Source: a virus (taxonomy: Duplodnaviria > Caudoviricetes). From it: 25,564 nt of DNA. The notes under the pieces were generated by a model. The model was not told the DNA's origin. It did no database searches and was given only the letters and a program-made list of their open reading frames with translations. Where the stretch lies: positions 1 to 25,564 of IMG/VR virus record IMGVR_UViG_3300032321_001149. The stretch is one strand, 5' to 3'. Shown one piece after another: positions 18,863-25,564 of this stretch. Numbering within the stretch: position 1 is the stretch's first letter; each line of letters opens with the position of its first letter. Both the position numbers and the translations under genes were made by a program.

Positions 18863-19309
18863 ATGAATAATTGGTTACATGAAAATAAAGTTATAGAAAA
18901 AATTGAAGATTTTCCTGAAAATACATTTGGATTTGTTTATCGAATAACAAACTTAACAAATGGTAAATTTTATATAGGTAAAAAACAATTGCTATCTCAA
19001 ACTAATGTTAAATTAGGTAAGAAAGAAATAGCAGCACTTCCAACTCAACGCGGTAGAACACCATCTAAAAAATTAGTAGTCAAAGAATCTAACTGGCAAG
19101 AGTATTGGGGTAGCTGTAAGCCATTACATGAAGATCTTAAAAAATTAGGTGCAGACCAATTCAAAAGAGAAATACTAATGATATGTAAATCAAAAAAATT
19201 ACTTACATATTATGAAGCGGCCTTTCAAATTAAAGAAAATGTATTGTTAAATGAAAATTATAACGATACAATTCTAGGTCATTACTATAGAAAAGATTTC
19301 CTAGCTTAA
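18863..19309 (+). CDS. GIY-YIG family nuclease (Seg-like, catalytic domain only)
   Basis: GFVYRITNLTNGKFYIGKK, YWGS, FKREIL, YYE, YN motifs. Confidence 0.85.
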   Translation: MNNWLHENKVIEKIEDFPENTFGFVYRITNLTNGKFYIGKKQLLSQTNVKLGKKEIAALPTQRGRTPSKKLVVKESNWQEYWGSCKPLHEDLKKLGADQFKREILMICKSKKLLTYYEAAFQIKENVLLNENYNDTILGHYYRKDFLA

Positions 19310-19340
19310 ACTAGGATTCCTTAATTCACTTGCGTATATT
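19309..19340 (+). promoter_or_regulatory. Class I promoter AACTAGG-N17-CGTATATT
   Basis: Fills the intergenic gap, ending 14 nt before the primase ATG; same spacing as the other two copies. Confidence 0.7.
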
Positions 19341-19354
19341 AATTCTAATAAGTT

Positions 19355-20290
19355 ATGGATAATTCTGCACTAACATATCTAGTCGATTCTGTTTTAGGAC
19401 ATGGTAAGTCGTCATCTAAAGGTAACAAGGCTTATCATTGCCCTGAATGTAAACACCATAAATTAAAATTAGAAGTAAATTTAGACATTAATTCACCTCA
19501 TTTTCAATCATATAATTGTTGGACGTGTGGTTTTAAAGGTAAAAAATTAACTACATTATTTAAAAAACTAGAAGTAGATTCTGATAAAGTAGAGCAATTA
19601 CGATTCTTAGTTAAGTCATCATCTAAAGAATATACTGGAGAAACTGTTGTTAGTAAAAAGATAATATTACCTAAAGAATTTATTTCATTATCGACTCCAC
19701 CAAGTAGTTTAATGGCTAAAAAGGCAATACATTATTTAACTACTCGTAATATTACTCAAAACGATATAATTAAATATAGTATAGGATATTGTGAATTTGG
19801 TATTTATTCAAATATGATTATTATACCATCCTACGATGCTGAAGGTAATTTAAATTATTTCATATCCAGAAACTTTAATAAAAACTCAAAAATTAAATAT
19901 AAAAATCCAGATGTATCAAGAGATATAATTGGATTAGAATTATTCATAAATTGGAATACTCCAATCGTACTATGCGAAGGAATATTTGATGCTATTGCTA
20001 TCAAGCGAAATGCTATTCCATTACTTGGAAAAACAATTCAAAACAATTTGATGAAAAAAATTATTAATTCAACAGTACAAAATATATACATTGCATTAGA
20101 TAAAGATGCAATGAAACAAGCTTTAAATTTTTGCGAGAATTTAATGAATGAAGGTAAAGAAGTTTATTTAGTTGACATTGACGATAAAGATCCTAGTGAT
20201 ATGGGATTTGTTAAATTCACTAATCTAATTCAAAACACTTTGCCTCTAACCTTCTCAAATTTACTTGAGAAAAAATTACAAAGAATATGA
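19355..20290 (+). CDS. DNA primase (zinc finger + TOPRIM)
   Basis: CPEC...CWTC zinc ribbon; IIIPSYD...YFISR, KYKNP, LCEGIFDA, PLLGK, ALDKDA, KDPSD. Confidence 0.92.
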   Translation: MDNSALTYLVDSVLGHGKSSSKGNKAYHCPECKHHKLKLEVNLDINSPHFQSYNCWTCGFKGKKLTTLFKKLEVDSDKVEQLRFLVKSSSKEYTGETVVSKKIILPKEFISLSTPPSSLMAKKAIHYLTTRNITQNDIIKYSIGYCEFGIYSNMIIIPSYDAEGNLNYFISRNFNKNSKIKYKNPDVSRDIIGLELFINWNTPIVLCEGIFDAIAIKRNAIPLLGKTIQNNLMKKIINSTVQNIYIALDKDAMKQALNFCENLMNEGKEVYLVDIDDKDPSDMGFVKFTNLIQNTLPLTFSNLLEKKLQRI

Positions 20291-21081
20291 TAGAAAAAAA
20301 TGTAAATGTCTTTAAGAAAAGCGTTAAACGCCTAGTAGAAGTAGATATGGAATCTAAAAGGGTTAATATCTTAGACAACAGATACTATACTAGAAATGGT
20401 AAGTACTACCCATCAGTTACCAGTATATTACAATATATGCCTAAAGGTAAATTTTTTGAAAACTGGTTAAAAGATGTAGGTCACAATGCTGATGTTATAG
20501 CACGAAAAGCAGCAGATGAAGGTACACAAGTACATGATGCAATTGAAAGATATCTTCAAGGTGAAAAAATTTCATTAATTAATGAAGAAGGATATTCAAA
20601 GTATAACTTAGATGTTTGGAAAATGATATTGAAATTTCATGAGTTTTGGACAGTATATAAACCAACATTGATCGAAAGTGAAATACATTTATTCTCAGAT
20701 ATATACACATTTGCTGGTACGTGCGATTTAGTATTAGAAATTAATGGTGAAAAATGGTTATTAGATATTAAAACATCAAATTCATTACATGCTAGCCAAG
20801 ATTTCCAATTATCAGCATATGCTCAGGCATGGAATGAGTTATATGAAGAAAAAATTGATCGTATTGGTATATTGTGGATGAAGTCATCTAAGCGTGGTGA
20901 AGATAAAAAAGGCGAAAAAATTCAAGGTAAAGGATGGGAAGTACATGAACCACTTAAATCAATTGAAGAAAATTTAAAAATATTTGAATACATACATGAG
21001 TTGTATAAATTGGAACACCCCAACCCAACTCCGAAGAGCAATGATTTCCCTACAGAAATTCAAATAGAACCAACTGTTTAA
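20287..21081 (+). CDS. PD-(D/E)XK superfamily exonuclease
   Basis: YPSVTSIL, GTQVHDAIE, ESE, AGTCDL, LDIKTS, QLSAYA. Confidence 0.88.
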   Translation: MIEKNVNVFKKSVKRLVEVDMESKRVNILDNRYYTRNGKYYPSVTSILQYMPKGKFFENWLKDVGHNADVIARKAADEGTQVHDAIERYLQGEKISLINEEGYSKYNLDVWKMILKFHEFWTVYKPTLIESEIHLFSDIYTFAGTCDLVLEINGEKWLLDIKTSNSLHASQDFQLSAYAQAWNELYEEKIDRIGILWMKSSKRGEDKKGEKIQGKGWEVHEPLKSIEENLKIFEYIHELYKLEHPNPTPKSNDFPTEIQIEPTV

Positions 21082-21082
21082 T

Positions 21083-21091
21083 ATATTTATA
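21083..21091 (+). promoter_or_regulatory. Class II (late-like) motif ATATTTATA
   Basis: In the gap before the nucleotidyltransferase cluster. Confidence 0.65.
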
Positions 21092-21104
21092 GTAAATATT
21101 GGGA

Positions 21105-22067
21105 ATGGTATCTTTGGTTCAACTTTTAAATGAAATAATTAATGAAGGAGGTAATGTCTTTGGCACTACTTCCTCCATTAAAAAAGAATATATACAACCC
21201 ACACTAGCCAAATTTACTGCTGAACTTAAGAAAATTTACCCAAAAGTAGATTTTAAATTTAGTACATTGGGGTCTGTTGGTAAAAAAGACGAATCTGGAG
21301 ATATCGATTTAGGTATGAGTGTTGACCAATTTATGACTAAAGATGGTACGCCATTATTAGATAATTGGAACATTGATAAAGCTCAATTTGAGGCTTTATA
21401 CGATAAAATCAGAAAACGTACAAGATCATCTACTGAAGCTCAAAGTAAACTAAGAGCTATGTTAGAATTAATCGCTATTAACATTGAAGAAAAATCTCAA
21501 TTTATAGATACAGATTTAAAAGCAGCAGGTGGTGGTTCAATATTTTGTACTGCTCCACAATATAACGAAAAGGGAGAAGCACTAGACGAAAAATCAGTAC
21601 AAATAGACATTAATGTAGGTAATTTAGATTGGTTAAATTTCAGCTACTATTCAAATACGTACAAAGATAATGTTAAAGGTTTACATAGAACACAATTAAT
21701 GTTAGCTATGTTTCAAGCTTTAGGTATGACTTTTAATCATGGTACTGGTGTTAAAGATAAAACAACAGGAGAAATAGTTGCTACTACACCTAAAGAAGCA
21801 TTAGATGTATTAAATAAAGGATATGGTCTTAGCTTATCTCAAGATATTTTAAATGACTATTTTGAATTAATGAATTCTTTAAAGAAAAATTTATCTAAAG
21901 AAAAATTAAATCGAATTTTAGACATATATTTAAAAGTATTAGATTCAACAAGAGCGGATATTCCATTTGACATTCAAGATTATTGGATTGCAAATCAAGA
22001 TCGTTTAGGACTTAAAGGTAAATTTCTACCAGATAATTCTGAATTAACTAAATACAAAAAAGCATAA
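21105..22067 (+). CDS. Pol-beta-superfamily nucleotidyltransferase (ATG 21105 preferred over TTG 21099)
   Basis: LGSVGKKDESGDIDL (GS...DxD) plus third carboxylate in VQIDI; N-terminal leader MVSLVQLLNEIINE-GGNVF. Confidence 0.75.
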   Translation: MVSLVQLLNEIINEGGNVFGTTSSIKKEYIQPTLAKFTAELKKIYPKVDFKFSTLGSVGKKDESGDIDLGMSVDQFMTKDGTPLLDNWNIDKAQFEALYDKIRKRTRSSTEAQSKLRAMLELIAINIEEKSQFIDTDLKAAGGGSIFCTAPQYNEKGEALDEKSVQIDINVGNLDWLNFSYYSNTYKDNVKGLHRTQLMLAMFQALGMTFNHGTGVKDKTTGEIVATTPKEALDVLNKGYGLSLSQDILNDYFELMNSLKKNLSKEKLNRILDIYLKVLDSTRADIPFDIQDYWIANQDRLGLKGKFLPDNSELTKYKKA

Positions 22068-25012
22068 TGAGTGGATCTGCAGGTGGTAATAGAATTACAA
22101 GAGCGGTAGTAGAAGATACTGTTCAAGATTATATAAAAAAGGTACTATCTAAATTTCCAGGATTTAAATCAGCTAAAGTAACAGGTTCATATAACGCTGG
22201 CACTAAGCAAGATTTTGGAGATATAGATTTAATTGTTCAATTAGATGGTACAGATAAAAAAGCAATCAAAACTGATTTAGCAAAGTATTTTGCTACTTTA
22301 CCTGACTCAATAATTGTACCGTTTAAAAGCGATAAATATAAAGGTAAAAAATCACTTAGTAGTGGTGAATTAGTTACTATATTATATCCAATAGCAGGAG
22401 TACCAGATGAATACGTTCAAATAGACAATATTATATCTATTAGTGAAGAAGAATCTACATTCAAAAATACATTCTTAGATTACTCAGCTGAAGTACAAGG
22501 TTTACTTTTAGGTTTAGCTAAAATTATATGTTTAGAAGAAGATCCTAAAGAAATATTTAAACGTTTAGGTATTACTAATGTACCTGCTCTTAAACCAAAC
22601 CAAGAATATGAATTCAATTTATCAGGGGCTGGATTAACATTACGTATAGTAACATTAGATAATTTTAAAGAAACTGAACGAACAGATGTTTGGAAATCTT
22701 CAGACTGGAACACAGTTAAAAAATTATTTACTAACTACAATATAGATGTTAATTTTAAAACATTATTAAAAGAATTAGTTTCTAAATTAAAAAACCAACG
22801 CTCAAAAAACAGAATTAAAGGTATATTTAAATCAATGATATCTATTAAAAGTGGAGAAGTTGGTACACCTAAAGGTGAAACTAAACAAATATCTTTAGAC
22901 GCAGTAGATAGTATGTTAGAAAATACATTATTTAAAGGCTTAGTTAAAGAATTACTTTCAGGTTTTATAGCTGAAGAAATTACAAGAGAATCAATCGCTT
23001 TATATCCCGGTAAATTTAAACCACCTCATAAAGGTCATTTTGAAGTAGCTAAAAAATTACTTGAAAAAGTAGACAGAGTAGAAATACTAATATCTAGTAA
23101 AGAAGTTGAAGGTATAACTGCTGAAAAAAGTAAAGCAATTTGGGAATTATATAATAGATTATTAGGCGGAAAACTTGATATCAAAATTATCAACGAATCA
23201 CCAGTAAAATATGTTTTAGATACTATTGAAGCAAATCCAAACAATCACTATGTAGCAGTATATGGTAAAGGAGAAGAAAGTAGATATAGAAACATAGGTA
23301 AAGATCCTCGTTATATGAATGCTGAAGTATTTGATGGAGGAACTACCACATTAGGTGGTGAAAATATTAACGCTACGGATTTTAGAAATGCAATTAAGGC
23401 AGGCAAAGATATTTCTCGTTTCATTCCAGATGGTATAAATAAAAAAATTGTAGCTAAAGATTTAGACAGCATGTTAGAAAATATTCAAGCAAAACCATTA
23501 CCAACTACATTGAAAGATGCAATGTTATCATTGACTACTTATATGATAGAAAATGATATGAATATATTACCTTTACCCAAAATTAAAATAATAGACAACG
23601 ATTCTAAAAACGCTGACGGTATATTTGGTAGTACTGCTTATTACAATCCAAATGATTGTTCAGTAACGTTGTATACGTTGAATCGCCACCCAAAAGATAT
23701 ATTACGTTCATATGCTCATGAAATGATTCATCGCATTCAAGATAATGAAGGTAGATTAAAAAATGTTACTACTACAAATACAAATGAAGATAGTGACTTA
23801 CTTGAGTTAGAAAAAGAGGCTTATTTAAATGGAAATATTACATTTAGAAATTGGGAAGATAGTTTAAAAAATTCCAAACCAGTAAATGAAATATACTTTC
23901 TAGACTCAGAAAAATATAATCGTCCAAGAACAATACAGGAAAATTTATGGCATACATTAAATGAAATTACTTTAAATCCAGATAATGCAGTTGAAATAAA
24001 TGGTGATTTAACTAAAGGTAAGTTTCAAGTAGGAAATATTAAATACACATACGATATAAAACAAGTATCAAATCCATATGATGATGGAGGAAGATTTTTT
24101 AATATAATGTTTTATCCTGAAGATAATATAACTTCTACTCCTCAAGAAGGAAAAGAAAATTATATTAAAATTCTATCTACAATGTATAAAGTTATATTAG
24201 ATTTTGCTGAAGAAGCAGAACCTGAGTATATTGGTATATCGTCATTAGATAATAATAAAAACTATCATATGGTGTATGCTAACTTAACAGATAATAAATC
24301 TAACAGAATACCAGGATACTTTAGAAAAGATGTAAATTTAGAATTTAATACTCCTCAAGGTAAAGGTAGATTTGTGGTATTAAAAAGAAAAGATGAATCA
24401 TTAAATGAAGGTAGATACGATACAGTATCAAACAAATCATCATCAATGATTTTTAATAAATGGAAACAAGATTTTTTAGCAGGTAAAAAACAAAGTGTAT
24501 TAAAAACATTTGTTGAAAGTGAAGATGTAGAATTTGGTTTAGTTGCAACGCTTAAATTTAAAAATGAAGGCGAAGATTTACAAGTAGATGGTGGATTGGA
24601 AGAAACAGAAGATGGAAATATTATTTATGTAGATTTTAAAGTAGATAAAAATGTACTCCCAGAAATGTGGTCTGAAATATCAATGAATCTTAAAGATGTG
24701 ATGCGTCATGAAATTGAGCACATAACTCAAAATGATGAATTAAATTATCCATCTAAATTTATGGAAGATGATTTAATAGCTAGAATAGCAATTAATCAAA
24801 AGCTTTTACCTAGAGGTGAATATTTTAAACTTGAAAAAGAAATAGACGCTAACTTACAAGGAATGTATTTTAGAGCTAAAAAGGAAAGACGTCCATTTAT
24901 AGATGTTATAAATGACTATCTTGACGCACAATCATTAACTCCTGAACAGAAAGAAGAAGTACTAAATCTTTGGAGACCTAGAGCAATTAAATTATCTTTA
25001 CCAAAATTTTAA
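22067..25012 (+). CDS. Multidomain protein: Pol-beta NTase + HxGH (cytidylyltransferase-like) NTase + zincin peptidase + unknown domain + second zincin peptidase
   Basis: GSYNAGTKQDFGDIDL/VQID (G40-S41, D52, D54); PGKFKPPHKGH (H321-H324) and INATDFR; HEMIH (551-555)...ELEKEA; HEIEH (881-885)...EKEIDA. Confidence 0.8.
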   Translation: MSGSAGGNRITRAVVEDTVQDYIKKVLSKFPGFKSAKVTGSYNAGTKQDFGDIDLIVQLDGTDKKAIKTDLAKYFATLPDSIIVPFKSDKYKGKKSLSSGELVTILYPIAGVPDEYVQIDNIISISEEESTFKNTFLDYSAEVQGLLLGLAKIICLEEDPKEIFKRLGITNVPALKPNQEYEFNLSGAGLTLRIVTLDNFKETERTDVWKSSDWNTVKKLFTNYNIDVNFKTLLKELVSKLKNQRSKNRIKGIFKSMISIKSGEVGTPKGETKQISLDAVDSMLENTLFKGLVKELLSGFIAEEITRESIALYPGKFKPPHKGHFEVAKKLLEKVDRVEILISSKEVEGITAEKSKAIWELYNRLLGGKLDIKIINESPVKYVLDTIEANPNNHYVAVYGKGEESRYRNIGKDPRYMNAEVFDGGTTTLGGENINATDFRNAIKAGKDISRFIPDGINKKIVAKDLDSMLENIQAKPLPTTLKDAMLSLTTYMIENDMNILPLPKIKIIDNDSKNADGIFGSTAYYNPNDCSVTLYTLNRHPKDILRSYAHEMIHRIQDNEGRLKNVTTTNTNEDSDLLELEKEAYLNGNITFRNWEDSLKNSKPVNEIYFLDSEKYNRPRTIQENLWHTLNEITLNPDNAVEINGDLTKGKFQVGNIKYTYDIKQVSNPYDDGGRFFNIMFYPEDNITSTPQEGKENYIKILSTMYKVILDFAEEAEPEYIGISSLDNNKNYHMVYANLTDNKSNRIPGYFRKDVNLEFNTPQGKGRFVVLKRKDESLNEGRYDTVSNKSSSMIFNKWKQDFLAGKKQSVLKTFVESEDVEFGLVATLKFKNEGEDLQVDGGLEETEDGNIIYVDFKVDKNVLPEMWSEISMNLKDVMRHEIEHITQNDELNYPSKFMEDDLIARIAINQKLLPRGEYFKLEKEIDANLQGMYFRAKKERRPFIDVINDYLDAQSLTPEQKEEVLNLWRPRAIKLSLPKF

Positions 25013-25539
25013 TGTACAAACTTACAGACATATATAGACAAATTAAAGAAGAGGAAACACTTCCAATTCAACAGTATAAAATATACTGTGATATGGATGG
25101 TGTATTATGTGACTTTGATAAACAATTTGAACAATATGCTAAAATGAGTCCTAAAGCATTTGAATCTAAATTTGGAACAGATAAATTTTGGGAATTAATA
25201 GACAAAATAGGTTATATATTTTGGTCTAAAATGCCTTGGATGCCAGATGGTAAAGTTTTATGGTCATATATTAGTAAATATAAACCAAATTTATTATCAG
25301 CTCCATCACAAAAGGCATCATCACGTTATGGAAAACGTTTATGGGTAAGTGAAAACGTACCAGGAGCTAAATTAATATTAGCTGATAGAGAAAAAAAACA
25401 AAATTATTCAAAGAAAAATTCAATACTTATTGACGATCGCCCTGACACCATTAGTGAATGGAATGCTAAGGGTGGCATAGGTATTTTACATACATCGGCA
25501 ACTAACACAATAGAAAAATTAAAAGAACTAGGACTATGA
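25012..25539 (+). CDS. HAD-superfamily 5'(3')-deoxyribonucleotidase (NT5C-like)
   Basis: IYCDMDGVLCDF, FWSKMPWMPDG, LLSAP, GKRLW, ILIDDR, WNAKGGIGILH. Confidence 0.88.
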   Translation: MYKLTDIYRQIKEEETLPIQQYKIYCDMDGVLCDFDKQFEQYAKMSPKAFESKFGTDKFWELIDKIGYIFWSKMPWMPDGKVLWSYISKYKPNLLSAPSQKASSRYGKRLWVSENVPGAKLILADREKKQNYSKKNSILIDDRPDTISEWNAKGGIGILHTSATNTIEKLKELGL

Positions 25540-25564
25540 GTTACAAATACAAATTAGTAGAACA
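25536..25564 (+). CDS. Start of next gene (MSYKYKLVE...), truncated by the window end
   Basis: ATGA overlap with the nucleotidase stop codon; open to the end of the window. Confidence 0.6.

Noticed and set aside
20287-21081. Cas4 / CRISPR association of the PD-(D/E)XK nuclease
   Set aside because: It lacks the four-cysteine Fe-S cluster pattern, and I saw no repeat-spacer array or other cas genes
3262-23244. Short minus-strand and alternate-frame ORFs in the track (3262, 5233, 6147, 7156, 8935, 11843, 15509, 15715, 16740, 18509, 22480, 23035)
   Set aside because: All lie within or across long, motif-bearing + strand genes and show no recognisable motifs; they are shadow ORFs
21105-25012. 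Canonical CBASS or MNT-HEPN toxin-antitoxin system
   Set aside because: No Cap effector (patatin, TIR, SAVED, TM), E1/E2/JAB or HEPN RxxxxH partner is recognisable; the GS...DxD motif alone is not diagnostic
1-25564. Stop-codon reassignment (TAG/TGA recoding as in some large phages)
   Set aside because: Genes are long and tightly packed in the standard code; TAG (256, 2407) and TGA (20290, 25539) end genes at sensible junctions

Overview
AT-rich (roughly 27% GC by eye), gene-dense, entirely + strand segment of a large contractile-tailed (myovirus/T4-superfamily-like) phage. It is probably a metagenomic contig start, since bases 1-13 are an Illumina adapter remnant, and the lack of Shine-Dalgarno sites suggests a Bacteroidota host. 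Gene order: HD hydrolase, membrane protein and gp55-like sigma factor; a ~16 kb baseplate/tail module (gp5/gpV-like spike, gp25, gp6/baseplate J, gp7-like, tail-collar-like proteins); GIY-YIG nuclease, primase and PD-(D/E)XK nuclease; then an unusual cluster of a Pol-beta-type nucleotidyltransferase, a 981-aa five-domain protein (NTase + HxGH nucleotidyltransferase + zincin + unknown + zincin) and a HAD nucleotidase. Two promoter-like motifs can be read from the sequence: AACTWGG-N17-MGTAYRYT (3 copies, before non-structural genes) and ATATTTATA (5 intergenic copies, before structural genes and the NTase cluster). Best candidate for an undescribed system: the NTase cluster is late-expressed, capsid-packaged cargo, with the large protein cut at hydrophobic-x-E linkers by a prohead protease. 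Also noted are a hidden -1 frameshifted gene (5160-6010) and an in-frame fission of a baseplate/LamG gene. All family assignments come from motif recognition, not database searches.
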